A stretch of 64,000 bases of DNA from a virus, in the IMG/VR virus record IMGVR_UViG_3300045988_136447, positions 2,554 through 66,553 of that record. One strand, written 5' to 3'. The first letter of the stretch is position 1; each line of letters starts with the position of its first letter. Position numbers and translations under genes: made by a program. Positions 35,591-46,764 of this stretch are shown one piece after another. The notes below the pieces were generated by a model. The model was not told the origin of the DNA. It saw nothing but the letters and a program-made list of their open reading frames with translations, and did not search any database.

Positions 35591-37525
35591 CTAAACAAAG
35601 GATATATCTACAATATCAGAATTATAGTCTTTTCCTGTAAACGTAAGTAAACTACCAGAAGACGCACCCCCGACGCCTTCTCCTGCGATCCCGGCAGTCT
35701 CTGTCCAGTTCATCCATGTAAATGCTGCGCTGCCATCGCCTCCACGTCTTGCATACACATTTGAATTATCTATACCGTTTCTACCAATCACCCTGTAACC
35801 ATTGCCACCGCCCCCACCAGACGGATAGCCGCAAGTTATAGTTCCCGGTTTTTGCAATCTGACACGTAACCCAAATTGATGTTCCGGGCTGATAGCTGTT
35901 GCATAACCCCTGACGGTAGTCATAGTGAACCACCAACGACTGGAGTATATAGACCCACCCACAGACCAGTTATAGCCGTAAACTTCTCCTTGTGAAATAA
36001 GAGTTTCCAGATTTTCACCATCTGGAAGTTGTGCAATACCTCCCTGTGTTATCTGCACAGTAGTGTCACTTGCGTTCTTTATTTTTAAATCAAATACAGG
36101 AGGATCAAGCTCAAAGTTGTTGAATCCATTTTTGTATGGGCCGTATGTACATGTATTGTGCATAGTGATACTATTATTATAAGACTGACCTATACTTGTG
36201 GTCATGCTAGCAAGCCTAACCAAATTTCCTGTTCCATTATGTATAACATTTAAGTTTATGTTACTATTTTTAACATAAACTGCCTCAAACCACAGTGAAC
36301 TATCGACAGTGCCACCCTCCCTGTCGTGATTGCGCGTACCATACTCATTAGATGAGGTATACTTACCTCCCTTTCCGGCTCTTACATTGCTTAAGTCTAA
36401 GTTTAGATTAAATGTACAGGCGTTTACGTAATTTCCGAAGTCCAAAGACAACCCAAGACCATAGACGCCACCGCCATTTCCACACCCTCCATCAGAGTAA
36501 GAAGAGGAAGCTAAACCGTTACCGCCATCACCTCCCCTGCAAGATGGGGCATACGTTACGTCAATTACACATCCATACATCTTTTGGGGGGAAAGATGGA
36601 TAGCTTCTGAACCACCAGTAATACCACCCGATGAGTAGCCGCCATCAACCCCGTCTCCACCACTTCCGGGGTTTCCATAATGCAAATCGAAGGTACAGGA
36701 ATCGTATGCATCAGCACGTAGCCGTATTATACCCGCATCCCCTCCAGCACCACCATTAACCCCGCTTGCTCCGGATGCACCGTTTCCTCCGTTTCCAGTA
36801 GTGATGTCAAGATGGCACTTATACAGATAATTATAACGGCCTGAAAAAAGAGTGAGCCACGGGGTATCACCTTCAACTATATCAGAACCGCTCTTGTAAA
36901 TAGTTTTGTGTTTTGGAGCTGTACCCTCTTCACCACTCTCTGTACCATCTGTTCCGTTATGTTGTACCACCGTAAATGTGCATGTATGAAATACAACCCC
37001 TCCCAAGCAAATACAGGCAGCAGTCAGATTTGAGCGGTCGTAGATCAAAGGCACGGCTTCGCTGGTTTCATACCGGAATGTACAGTTATGGATAACCAAG
37101 TAGTTATAAAAATCAGCTACCGCATTATCTAACTGATTATACACCATGTAGTCAACTACACCACGCACCAGTACATGAACCACTTGCCGCTGTGACACGG
37201 TTGTGTAATGGATTAAGGGATCATGCAACATATCATTCAACGAGGCGTAAGCTGTTTCCCACGACAAGCCATTTCCGCTGACAGCCTTTGAATGGTCTAC
37301 GTATACGGTGTTTCCGATACAGTTAATAGTTGGTATCTCATTGGTACTAAGGCTAAAGTACGCAGGTACTCCACGGCTGTACCCTATGGCCTTTGTCATT
37401 CTAGGGTATCCGACAACAACCCCCTTATTATATGTTCCCGGATTGTAGATCGACCCTCTACGGGTTAAGGCCCCGGCAGGGCCATTAACAGCTAGCGATC
37501 CACGTTTTGTCATGTTTGCAAACAT
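35591..37525 (-). CDS. Gly-rich putative tail fibre / baseplate protein
   Basis: GNGGNGASGASGVNGGAGGDAG... repeats. Confidence 0.45.
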   Translation of the reverse strand: MFANMTKRGSLAVNGPAGALTRRGSIYNPGTYNKGVVVGYPRMTKAIGYSRGVPAYFSLSTNEIPTINCIGNTVYVDHSKAVSGNGLSWETAYASLNDMLHDPLIHYTTVSQRQVVHVLVRGVVDYMVYNQLDNAVADFYNYLVIHNCTFRYETSEAVPLIYDRSNLTAACICLGGVVFHTCTFTVVQHNGTDGTESGEEGTAPKHKTIYKSGSDIVEGDTPWLTLFSGRYNYLYKCHLDITTGNGGNGASGASGVNGGAGGDAGIIRLRADAYDSCTFDLHYGNPGSGGDGVDGGYSSGGITGGSEAIHLSPQKMYGCVIDVTYAPSCRGGDGGNGLASSSYSDGGCGNGGGVYGLGLSLDFGNYVNACTFNLNLDLSNVRAGKGGKYTSSNEYGTRNHDREGGTVDSSLWFEAVYVKNSNINLNVIHNGTGNLVRLASMTTSIGQSYNNSITMHNTCTYGPYKNGFNNFELDPPVFDLKIKNASDTTVQITQGGIAQLPDGENLETLISQGEVYGYNWSVGGSIYSSRWWFTMTTVRGYATAISPEHQFGLRVRLQKPGTITCGYPSGGGGGNGYRVIGRNGIDNSNVYARRGGDGSAAFTWMNWTETAGIAGEGVGGASSGSLLTFTGKDYNSDIVDISFV

Positions 37526-37527
37526 AC

Positions 37528-38553
37528 TTAACTCTCTATGAACGATTCATCAAACAGTACACTTTGAATGGTATCAACTGTTGTACTTGTCCATTTTATA
37601 TCTATTACACCGGAAGTATGGCCTGTGATGTCAGAAACGGCATCATATTGCGACTGCATACCCGAAGAAGAGCTTGAAATTACAATTTCTGATGAGGATA
37701 TTGGTACAGTTGAACCAGCAGCATATTGCGGAGCTTTCCATCCGACAAATACGGGAAGCGTGTACGGTGTGTTGGACACAAATATCCCTGATGGATTTGC
37801 AGTTCCGGCTATGTAGCCATTCACCATGTAATTTCCCGAACTCAACTGCACTGACCCGTTTGGATTACATAGATATTTGTAATCAGAGCCTGTACTAGAC
37901 GTAATAGGCGGCCCCGGAAGGGTACACCACGGCCCAATATATGTAGGGCCGATATCAACAGGGGTGTTTTGCTTTAGAAGCTGTGTAGCTTTGAGTGTTT
38001 TTGTACTCTCATCCCACGTGTAATACCCTATCTGGATTACACTCCCATTGACGCCTCTGACATAGGGTGTACTATTCTCCAAAACGTATACGGCAGGAGT
38101 TTTTGTAACATCCATCACCAAAAACACGTAACGAGTTCCTGGAGTTTTTGACAGCGTATACGATGACACGTAGAACAGATCACCATTACCGAATCGGCAC
38201 TTGCCGGAAGTTCCAGATTTTGGATCATTGGCGTCAACAACTACAATAAACGGAACATTCGACTTTGTGCCGTCTTCATTTTCAACTTCACGGATTTCAG
38301 TTGTAATCGTAAACTGATACTTCTCTCCCGTCGCGGCAGCTTTAGGGGTTTCCGTTTGCGGCAGAGAAGAAGCAATGCCATTCGGTGACGCAGGTTTCGG
38401 TTTTACATAAGCCTGAATCCCGGTTGAAGTTCTGCGCCATGTGACATCTGTTGAATCGACAGGTTGCAGAGCCACAAGCTCTTTGTAGATCATACCCAAG
38501 ACATGACCTAATCCTTGTGTGTAGGTAGTTGGTCTGAACCACTTAAGTTCCAT
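37528..38553 (-). CDS. tail/baseplate structural protein
   Basis: 341 aa, Ser/Thr/Gly-rich, in tail module. Confidence 0.4.
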   Translation of the reverse strand: MELKWFRPTTYTQGLGHVLGMIYKELVALQPVDSTDVTWRRTSTGIQAYVKPKPASPNGIASSLPQTETPKAAATGEKYQFTITTEIREVENEDGTKSNVPFIVVVDANDPKSGTSGKCRFGNGDLFYVSSYTLSKTPGTRYVFLVMDVTKTPAVYVLENSTPYVRGVNGSVIQIGYYTWDESTKTLKATQLLKQNTPVDIGPTYIGPWCTLPGPPITSSTGSDYKYLCNPNGSVQLSSGNYMVNGYIAGTANPSGIFVSNTPYTLPVFVGWKAPQYAAGSTVPISSSEIVISSSSSGMQSQYDAVSDITGHTSGVIDIKWTSTTVDTIQSVLFDESFIES

Positions 38554-38555
38554 AC

Positions 38556-40418
38556 TTAATCCTCAACATACGAATTATCATACTTAGGATTCCAATACAA
38601 CATAGTGAGCGCCTGAATAGTGCACGTGACATTTGTCCACGTTTCATTGTAGCGGTCAACCGTCTCGTTAAGGCTGATATTCGTACCCTTATAGCTTGTA
38701 AATTTACTCGATTTGACATACTTTATCGCATTTTTATAGTATGTGGAAAATGAACGTCTAAGTATAGTACGTGCATTTCCTCGATAATACAAGCTCACAC
38801 TGCACTCAAACATTGGAATTTTTTTGTCGATGTAACTTTTATCCCAAAACCGATCTCTGCCATCCCATTGCGGATAATTTGTTTTATGAGACCTTTCAAG
38901 TACAATAGGAGATACTTCCAAGCACTTCCACGGCATGAAATAGATATTTCGAATACTGTTTCCATCCTGTGGCCAATCTTCTTTAGTAGTCCATGACGGC
39001 TGCGCGTACACGTAACCTGACATCACCAAGTCAGTAAGATCACCTTCCTTAATCGAATCGTACTTATTTTTAGGAATCCTACCAGTTACAGTTGCCCCGC
39101 TATCATCCGTGTACTGACCTATCGGGTAGATAATCGTATCATACCCGATTTTTTTATTGCCCTTAACGGCGGCTATAATGGCACTCTCTGTCCACCCTTG
39201 AACGGCATTGCTTGTCTCAGATGACATATTGATAAATGTCTGAATACTCTGCTGATAGGTAAAAGTGGTTGTAGGAGGAAAGTTAATAATGTAGTAGTCT
39301 ACACCGGAAGCACCCATAGCCCACCCGCACCACAAAGGTTCAATAACGATCTCAGTACTGCTCATTGAGATACCGATTTGATCTTCAAGTTCCTGCTGAT
39401 CCGGGTAGTCGTCAGTGACGATGTTCAATTCATGCTCACCGTGAGCAACTGTATTTACAGAAACTTCGCTGACTGTGCTTCCGGGAAGTCCCAATTCAAG
39501 TGCTTCCTGCCCGACAAGGCCGTCAAATGAATCTTTCAGCTCTTCCGTACTCTGATAGATGATCGTATTTGTAGTATTGATCTCTTTTCCATCTTTGTAC
39601 GTCCGCTTATCTGTACGCACATGCCGCAGTGAGACGTGACGGGCTTCAAACGTGATATTATACCCGAGAACACCCTCTGCTGAAACATTGATGTTATTGA
39701 TAAGAAATCCTGAGTTCGCAGGGAGACCGATGTACTCGGAAGCGTCAGAGCCGATCTCCGGCTTAATCCATGATTCATAGACCGAGTTTGAATAACGCCA
39801 TACAGCAGTGCGCGTTCTCTGCCCGAAGGCATCCACAGTCTCGGCAGGATTTCCGATCATCATCTTAGCCATATCTTTGGCTGTGAACGTAATCAGGTAT
39901 CTTGTCTTTGTCTGAGCTTGGTAACTGGAATTCTCCATCAGAAAAGACGATCCGGCCCACGTTACGGTAGTACCGCTTTCGATCAGATAGTTATCAATCT
40001 CAAGCGGAGAATCGCTTTTGATGTCGATCTGATAAGAAATCGATTTTGTAATCTCATTATTATTTGTGACTTCAACCGATACGTTACCGACTTGTCTCAT
40101 AACGGAAAGGTTCTGCGCATTAGTGAATGTCACCTCGTAATGAGTTCTACCGTCAACGCACACAATGTCGATTGACTGGCAGATGAACGCATCATCTTCT
40201 TCAAATTCAAACGCTTCTCTTCCATCATTCTGCTGGATCGGCCGTTTGTACGGGTCTCCGATATTGCCTGCCCACTCTTCGACCTCATTCTGAAACGCCA
40301 GCCATTTGGCAAAAACATTGTCGCTTTCATCATCAATCAACATCCAAGTAGTTGTGATCGACATGAAACCTTCTTGGTCAATATTTATAGCGGGAGACCC
40401 TTTTAAGCTTACAAGCAT
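38556..40418 (-). CDS. distal tail protein (Dit/Tal-like by position)
   Basis: 620-aa ORF immediately downstream of tape measure. Confidence 0.45.
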   Translation of the reverse strand: MLVSLKGSPAINIDQEGFMSITTTWMLIDDESDNVFAKWLAFQNEVEEWAGNIGDPYKRPIQQNDGREAFEFEEDDAFICQSIDIVCVDGRTHYEVTFTNAQNLSVMRQVGNVSVEVTNNNEITKSISYQIDIKSDSPLEIDNYLIESGTTVTWAGSSFLMENSSYQAQTKTRYLITFTAKDMAKMMIGNPAETVDAFGQRTRTAVWRYSNSVYESWIKPEIGSDASEYIGLPANSGFLINNINVSAEGVLGYNITFEARHVSLRHVRTDKRTYKDGKEINTTNTIIYQSTEELKDSFDGLVGQEALELGLPGSTVSEVSVNTVAHGEHELNIVTDDYPDQQELEDQIGISMSSTEIVIEPLWCGWAMGASGVDYYIINFPPTTTFTYQQSIQTFINMSSETSNAVQGWTESAIIAAVKGNKKIGYDTIIYPIGQYTDDSGATVTGRIPKNKYDSIKEGDLTDLVMSGYVYAQPSWTTKEDWPQDGNSIRNIYFMPWKCLEVSPIVLERSHKTNYPQWDGRDRFWDKSYIDKKIPMFECSVSLYYRGNARTILRRSFSTYYKNAIKYVKSSKFTSYKGTNISLNETVDRYNETWTNVTCTIQALTMLYWNPKYDNSYVED

Positions 40419-40419
40419 C

Positions 40420-43400
40420 TTATTGCCCCTTAACTACAATCGTGTTGTTTGTTTTCATAAAGTTATAAATATCAAGAACTGTCTTACCGGTAGACGCCTG
40501 CGCGTATTCCTGAGACCTGACATAAGCATCAAGAGTGCGGGCCACCGCACTCTGCGCCGATTGAGCATTCTTGTAGTTTGGAATGCCCCGGGTTTCCACG
40601 GACGGCGGCTGCGCTAACGCAAATGAAGCTCGCGGCCCCATTAAGCGTGTCATAAGGTTCAGGCTATGGTAAAGTGCGTCTTGCGTTAAGCGGCCCTTAG
40701 CGTCCTTGTTAGAGGCAAATTGTTGTATCTGATTCAGCATGGCATTTTGTACTTCACGCTGCGCGGCCCCAAAACCCTTAGTTGCGAGGGCGGCATCAAT
40801 TTGAGCATTCTTTAAACTCTCTGTCGCCTGTTGCAGTCGGAAAAACGATTCAACGGTGGGAGATTCGCGATACCGCTGTTCGAATTGCGCAACTTCCTGA
40901 TTCGCTCTGGAAACCCGTCCACTGTATACTTGCCGGACACCGGCCTCGTATGTCGATCCCGAAATCAATCCGGCATTCTGTTCTTTTTCAAGCTGTTGAA
41001 GTCGATATTCTTCTGCCTCATTGATAGCATTAAAATACTTTTCAGACGCAGTATTGTGCTGCTTTACGAGCTCTCGAAGCTGCCGTTGCAAGATGGAAGC
41101 TTGTGATCCCCGCACCCCGTTCGACAACTGCTTTTCGACATACTCGATTTCATCTTGCAAGCCATCAAGGACAGTTTTCTGCATGTTTTGCCGGGCAATC
41201 AGCAGTGTGTAAGATACACGGGAAGTATCAAGCCCTGTACGGTAGAACTGCTGCTCCGCATATGCTGTAATGTCCTCGATGACAGATTCAATATACACAG
41301 AGGATGCTTTTTGAACTTTTTTGCGTGCGGCTGCAAGCTGCTTCCCCGCGTTGTCGATTGCACCAACAATTTTATCCCGCGCACTAGCCTCCAATCTGTC
41401 TTTAACCTTGTCGTAGGCAGTAACGATGGCAGACAGAAATTCTTCGTGTCTTGTCATCATTTCAGATTCGTATTCAAGTCTTGAAGTCAGGTCTTCAACC
41501 CTGCTTACGTCCCGATTCTGCAACAAGTAGCGGGCGCGAGATTCCCCGACGTACTCTTTATTTAGTTTGTGGGCTTTCTCCAAATCTTCGATGTAAAAAT
41601 TAAGATTCACGCCGATAAGATTAGACAGGGCGCTCGCCACTTTACGTTGCGCTTCCCTGAATCTCTGAGTACGCACAGCTTCCGTTTCAGTCGAATTCAC
41701 TTTTTGTATTTGTGAATTCAGTGAAGAAATCACGTTGAACAGAATATTTGTTTGGATATCGCTAAGACCTTTAGCGATGTCAGCATCGCGTAAGGCGGCG
41801 ACATCCTGAACATTCAGAAGTTTATTAAGTTCTGAATAATCACCGGAGCGTGTGGCGTCTGCCAGCATCCGTTTAATGGTATCTATTTGAGACGAAACGC
41901 CCCCTGCCTCTACAAATCTATTAACAGCAGAAAGGTGTCCAGCTGTTAATTGAGGATAGTCACTGAATTCTTTCTGCGTTTCCGGTGTGAGGCTGTAAAA
42001 CCTTGAATAAGGACTACTGCGCTTCTGTGCCAGAGATACGTCATAAGCCGAAGCAAGCCTGTCGATAGCGGAGTAGAAAGCGGTACTGCGGGCTCCTACA
42101 ATCGCATTAGCATCAAATGTTTCCCGCTGGAACCTAGCCAAGCCTTCTAAGGAATCCTGATAACCCCTCTGCGCGTTTTCAATAGATTGTGTGCGCACCG
42201 TTCTGCGGTCGAGTTCCTCACCGTAAGATTTATTCAGTCTTGAAATTGTTTCCTGCAACTGCTCTTTCGTTTTTGCAATCGCTATTTCTGCTTTGAGATT
42301 TTCAGCTTCATAGCTTGTAATCTCATTAGCCATTTTCAAGCTATCAACTCGAGTATTTGCCTGTCTGCGCAGTGCGGCTACATTATGCTGCTCATTCTCT
42401 GTTTCCTGTTTATCGGTATCAATTCCGTAAAACGCATTAACAATGCTTTTAATGAAACCAGAATCCGCAAAATTGAATCTTTCTGCTATCGCTTTTCCGA
42501 TATTGTACCCGATGTCTGCGACAGACCACGCGGCAATAGCAGAAAAGATGCTGTTTCCGATTTTAGACAGCAGACTTCCTGTACCTGTAATTTCACTCAG
42601 TGTATTGGTTACACTGAATTTTCTCCCAACACGAGATGCCATTGAATTGGGATCACGCGGAAACCGAACACCATATGCTTTTGCATACTGATTCAGATCA
42701 CCGGAATCGAGCATGGCCTTCTGTTGATTGAGCTGTGTAAGGCGATTACGCGAAATCGCAAGTCGCTTAGTGGCCGCGTCAAGTCGGTCATGCGTTGTGA
42801 TAAATCTTCTTGTGTATCTGTTTTCAAGATTACGCAATCTTGTTTGCTCTCTAAGAGATGCATTCGATTCTTGCGCAAGTCTGCGTTGCATTTGCACATC
42901 AAGAAGATTATCAGAAGCTACTTGTGCCTTTCCTCCGGCAGACAACAGTCCTCTAAACGAAGAACGAACTCCACGTCTGGCAGACTGCAATTTACGATTA
43001 AGGGAATTTCTTTCAGCCTTCACCGCTTCATTTCTAGCCGTAGCAGCAATCGCGGTATTAGCTGCCTGCGCTCCACCTCTAGGTACAACAGTGGATTGTA
43101 CAGAAGAGGCGGCTCCCGTAGCCCCCGTTGCAACATTATGAATAGCCGCCCGGATGTCATACAGCTCTTTTTTCAAGGCCCTAAGTGCCGTAACTACAAT
43201 GTAAATGTAAGTAGCGTAACGACTAAGGGGCTTAGTATCCCCGAATCCCTTCATGACAGCTTCCGCAAGCCCATACACCGATCGAGTTACCGGCTCGATA
43301 TCGGAACCGATCTGAATCAGCGTCTTTTCCGTTTGAGCACGGAGCCTGACCAAATCCTTATAGGCAGTATCGATTTGCTTTGTAAATGCCTCTTCACCCG

Positions 43401-44325
43401 TTCCGGCCCCAAGCTCAAACTCCCTAAGGGTAGTCATGAAGTTATCGAATTGCCGCCCGGTAAGAGACAGCACAGCACGTCCGGCACGAATATTACCGAA
43501 CATCTTTTCTAGAGCTTCAACGTTACCGCCTACTTTATCGTGCAGCTCTTGCAGCGTTGCGGTAAATCCCTTAGCTTGGAGTGCGGAAGCCCCAAGTTCG
43601 ATATTCCACTTGCGGGCTTCTGCCGCTGCCTGTAAAGTAGGCTTAATCAGGCTGTTGAGCATCTGATTAAGGCCGATCATCGATTGACTGGCCGATTGTG
43701 TACGAGACAAAATAGCAATCGCCGCACCAAGCTCGTTTAACGATACGCCTGTCTCGGCAGCGTTATTGATGACAAGACCTAGAGTACGAGCAAGTTCATC
43801 ACCATGTGCCTTACCTTCCCGAACGGTCAAGTACAGGAAGTCAACAAGCTTTTGGGTATCTTGAATGGACAAGTCATACGCATTTGTGAGCGTAGTCATG
43901 ACGTTGCCGGTGTTCTCGATATCAGCTCGGATAGTAGTTGCCGCTTTACCGACAGCTTTCACATAGTTGGCGACGTCATCAGTTGTGCCGCGCACACCGG
44001 AGGAAATCGTTTCATAGAAAGTGGATGCCGTGTTTGACGGTCTGCCGAACACGTTGTCAAGTTGCAGCAGCGACTTTTCTATCTTTTTGATCTGTAATTC
44101 TGTGATTGCAGAAATATCAGCGATGATTTGGTTGAACTCATTCGCCGCTGCCGTAGCCGCATAAAAAGTACCTGCCACGCCGCCAGCACCAAGCCAGCGA
44201 CGGGCAGATTGGTAGATTGACGAAAGACTACTTTCTACACTGTCAGAAGTGCTATCAAACGCGGTGTTGAACGGCGAAACATCCGCGCTTACCCGTGCCA
44301 ACAAATCAAATACAGTCGTAGCCAT
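40420..44325 (-). CDS. tail tape measure protein
   Basis: 1301 aa, alpha-helical and coiled-coil rich, preceded by two small chaperone-like ORFs. Confidence 0.65.
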   Translation of the reverse strand: MATTVFDLLARVSADVSPFNTAFDSTSDSVESSLSSIYQSARRWLGAGGVAGTFYAATAAANEFNQIIADISAITELQIKKIEKSLLQLDNVFGRPSNTASTFYETISSGVRGTTDDVANYVKAVGKAATTIRADIENTGNVMTTLTNAYDLSIQDTQKLVDFLYLTVREGKAHGDELARTLGLVINNAAETGVSLNELGAAIAILSRTQSASQSMIGLNQMLNSLIKPTLQAAAEARKWNIELGASALQAKGFTATLQELHDKVGGNVEALEKMFGNIRAGRAVLSLTGRQFDNFMTTLREFELGAGTGEEAFTKQIDTAYKDLVRLRAQTEKTLIQIGSDIEPVTRSVYGLAEAVMKGFGDTKPLSRYATYIYIVVTALRALKKELYDIRAAIHNVATGATGAASSVQSTVVPRGGAQAANTAIAATARNEAVKAERNSLNRKLQSARRGVRSSFRGLLSAGGKAQVASDNLLDVQMQRRLAQESNASLREQTRLRNLENRYTRRFITTHDRLDAATKRLAISRNRLTQLNQQKAMLDSGDLNQYAKAYGVRFPRDPNSMASRVGRKFSVTNTLSEITGTGSLLSKIGNSIFSAIAAWSVADIGYNIGKAIAERFNFADSGFIKSIVNAFYGIDTDKQETENEQHNVAALRRQANTRVDSLKMANEITSYEAENLKAEIAIAKTKEQLQETISRLNKSYGEELDRRTVRTQSIENAQRGYQDSLEGLARFQRETFDANAIVGARSTAFYSAIDRLASAYDVSLAQKRSSPYSRFYSLTPETQKEFSDYPQLTAGHLSAVNRFVEAGGVSSQIDTIKRMLADATRSGDYSELNKLLNVQDVAALRDADIAKGLSDIQTNILFNVISSLNSQIQKVNSTETEAVRTQRFREAQRKVASALSNLIGVNLNFYIEDLEKAHKLNKEYVGESRARYLLQNRDVSRVEDLTSRLEYESEMMTRHEEFLSAIVTAYDKVKDRLEASARDKIVGAIDNAGKQLAAARKKVQKASSVYIESVIEDITAYAEQQFYRTGLDTSRVSYTLLIARQNMQKTVLDGLQDEIEYVEKQLSNGVRGSQASILQRQLRELVKQHNTASEKYFNAINEAEEYRLQQLEKEQNAGLISGSTYEAGVRQVYSGRVSRANQEVAQFEQRYRESPTVESFFRLQQATESLKNAQIDAALATKGFGAAQREVQNAMLNQIQQFASNKDAKGRLTQDALYHSLNLMTRLMGPRASFALAQPPSVETRGIPNYKNAQSAQSAVARTLDAYVRSQEYAQASTGKTVLDIYNFMKTNNTIVVKGQ

Positions 44326-44335
44326 TTACCTTCCC

Positions 44336-44620
44336 TCAATCTTTTATTTTTGCTTGCCGTTCAGCCTCCCGTTTAGCCTCCTCAGTGACAACAGACTTCA
44401 ACAAGTCTTTGTCCTCCCTAATTTTAGATTTTTGAACGTCTACAAGTCCGTCAAGGACAGATTTATCATAGCCCGCCGCCCTCCCGGTGTATGCTGTTAA
44501 GCTGTCTAGGGCATCAGCTTTCTCAGACAACTGAAAGAGTCTGATTACGTGACAAAACGGTGTGTCAAGAAGAGCTTTTAAGGTGTAACCTTTAAAAACC
44601 CGCATTATGTTCATCAACAC
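44336..44620 (-). CDS. tail assembly chaperone (T-like part)
   Basis: Position upstream of tape measure. Confidence 0.4.
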   Translation of the reverse strand: MLMNIMRVFKGYTLKALLDTPFCHVIRLFQLSEKADALDSLTAYTGRAAGYDKSVLDGLVDVQKSKIREDKDLLKSVVTEEAKREAERQAKIKD

Positions 44621-44631
44621 GTACTCAAATT

Positions 44632-45195
44632 CTAATTTGTCGGGGAGGGCTCCTTCGTAGGGTTTTGCTTTTTACCCGCTTCCCTGCCATCTTCTTTCTC
44701 TTCATTCAGTGCAGCAGCTCCCCACAACATCAATTGAAGAACTTGAATAGTAAGTGCATCTTCACCCTTCTTCAAGAGTTCAATGATCGGAGTTCCTGCT
44801 ACATATTTTCCAATGAATTCATGGATTTCATCCGTGAGTTCATGGCTTTTCTTCACAAGTTCGCCGATCTTTTTATGCGTGTCTTCAATGGCGAGCATGG
44901 CTTTTTCGATCTGATCGAGCGTAAACTTTTCTTTCAGTTCCTCCGCTCTTTCAGGATGCTCTTCAAGCTCTTTCTTAGCTTCTTCACAGGCTGCTGCCCG
45001 CTGCGTAAGTCGCACTTGAAGAATCGCATGCTGTGTGCGAAGGGACGAATGCCGAGAAAGAAACGTCTGTGCCATAGCCGCATCACGGGCAGTAATCAAC
45101 GGGAGATCATACATTGTCCCGTCAGGGAACGGGATTTGCACCTGTTCCCTGTATGCTTCCATGTTTTCAAACGAGATGCCGGAAATTTTAGGCAT
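44632..45195 (-). CDS. tail assembly chaperone (G-like)
   Basis: Acidic 187-aa protein between tail tube candidate and tape measure. Confidence 0.4.
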   Translation of the reverse strand: MPKISGISFENMEAYREQVQIPFPDGTMYDLPLITARDAAMAQTFLSRHSSLRTQHAILQVRLTQRAAACEEAKKELEEHPERAEELKEKFTLDQIEKAMLAIEDTHKKIGELVKKSHELTDEIHEFIGKYVAGTPIIELLKKGEDALTIQVLQLMLWGAAALNEEKEDGREAGKKQNPTKEPSPTN

Positions 45196-45214
45196 GATAA
45201 ATCCTTATTTATGA

Positions 45215-45697
45215 TTACGCCTTGCTGGAAACCATAAGATATGCGCCCGCACTATCAACATACGCCTTGAAGTTCAACGAAAGACCTTGAGGCGTAGTCT
45301 TCATGAACGAAATCCCATCGTCCATAAGCGGGGTAGCTTTCGGCAAGGTGTAAATTTTCGTATCCGAAGAATCGAGCGGAACCAGTTTCAATTCAGAAGC
45401 AATCGATTTCATATCGATTCCGATAGGATCGCTGAATGTGCCGTTATCCGCACCCGGAATGAGGTTAAGATTTTCCTCGTTGACCTCACCAAGAATGCAA
45501 TCAACTGACGCTTCCATCTCTGTGATAATGTCCTTAAGAGGAAGTGACGCTTGATCCGGCGTAATCGGTGTAGGTGTCATTGAGATGTTGATCTTGACAC
45601 TGTCGTTGAGTGTGTATCCAAGGCACCGACTATTGTAAAACAGTGCGGCAGGCCCCATGTGGATATCGGCAGGATTTCCTTGAAAAACATCAGCCAT
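45215..45697 (-). CDS. putative major tail (tube) protein
   Basis: Position and size. Confidence 0.4.
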   Translation of the reverse strand: MADVFQGNPADIHMGPAALFYNSRCLGYTLNDSVKINISMTPTPITPDQASLPLKDIITEMEASVDCILGEVNEENLNLIPGADNGTFSDPIGIDMKSIASELKLVPLDSSDTKIYTLPKATPLMDDGISFMKTTPQGLSLNFKAYVDSAGAYLMVSSKA

Positions 45698-45710
45698 GGT
45701 AATACCTCCG

Positions 45711-46097
45711 TTATTTAGCTGTAATTCTTAAATTAGCCGAAACGGTATACGCCGTTTGCGTATTTACCATTATTTTTATCGGCATTGTAATGTACTCTAC
45801 TTCGGTGTAGATTGCAAGTCCGTTACCTAGCGGATCACCCTTTTTATTAAAGTTTTCAGTTATTTTCTGAACATCCGTGACACACTCAGGGCGGCCTTTT
45901 CGATTTTCTACGATTCGTGCATTGCATTTGATTAATCCGTGCTGATCGCTCTCTTGTGATTGAATGTCAGTAACGTATGCGCTGCGATTAACAAGCTGTT
46001 CAGGATTATACATTTTATCACATACAATCCCGTCATTGAAAACCGTATCACAAAGATCACAAAGGTAATCTTCAATCAATTTTACGTTACTATTCAT
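45711..46097 (-). CDS. head-tail joining / tail terminator candidate
   Basis: Position. Confidence 0.35.
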   Translation of the reverse strand: MNSNVKLIEDYLCDLCDTVFNDGIVCDKMYNPEQLVNRSAYVTDIQSQESDQHGLIKCNARIVENRKGRPECVTDVQKITENFNKKGDPLGNGLAIYTEVEYITMPIKIMVNTQTAYTVSANLRITAK

Positions 46098-46764
46098 TCA
46101 TCTCACCGTCTATCTGATCCGCTGCACGTTCAAGCATAGCATTAATCACATCTTCCGACAAGTTTTCGTTATAACTGAAAAGTCGTTTTGCAATACCTTT
46201 TGCAAGATTATTGCCCTGTTCGATGTCATACCAAGCACGAGTAAGGAATCGGCTACCGACACGTTCACCAACGGCTGCTTCTTTCCTGTGCTTGCGTTTT
46301 AATCCATCTTTTGTTTCACCGATGAAATCATCATAGTAATCATGGATATATGCAATCAATTCAGGAGAAGAAGTCGGATACCCTCCGGCAGCGGCTATCT
46401 TATCATAACTACTATGCCATGAATCAAGAACACCAACAATCGCAGTTATACGCCCTCTGCCCTTGAGACTTGTAATTTCTGGTACAGATACCTTGATAGA
46501 ATGCTCAAGAGCCCCCGAATAATGCGGAGCACGTGCAATCGCCCCCCTTCCGACTTCACGTACCGTACTTTTAATTTCCGCAAGGGCGGCTTCGAGCATC
46601 TTTTTCTTGATATCGTCTGTAAAGGTCTTCCAGCCTCTGAAATTATGGGAAAACGTGAATGAATAGCCTTTTGCTTGAATGGAGAAAGATTCAGCATTGC
46701 GTATTGCTCTGCCAATAGGAGGATTGTAATCCGCTCCTCTTTCTCCAAATCTGCCTCTAGCCAT
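46090..46764 (-). CDS. structural protein (head-tail module)
   Basis: 224-aa ORF. Confidence 0.4.
   Translation of the reverse strand: MARGRFGERGADYNPPIGRAIRNAESFSIQAKGYSFTFSHNFRGWKTFTDDIKKKMLEAALAEIKSTVREVGRGAIARAPHYSGALEHSIKVSVPEITSLKGRGRITAIVGVLDSWHSSYDKIAAAGGYPTSSPELIAYIHDYYDDFIGETKDGLKRKHRKEAAVGERVGSRFLTRAWYDIEQGNNLAKGIAKRLFSYNENLSEDVINAMLERAADQIDGEMNE

Noticed and set aside
42724-43512. 262-aa and 137-aa plus-strand ORFs inside the tape measure region
   Set aside because: They are antisense to the 1301-aa tape measure gene and have Ser/Arg/Cys-rich junk composition.
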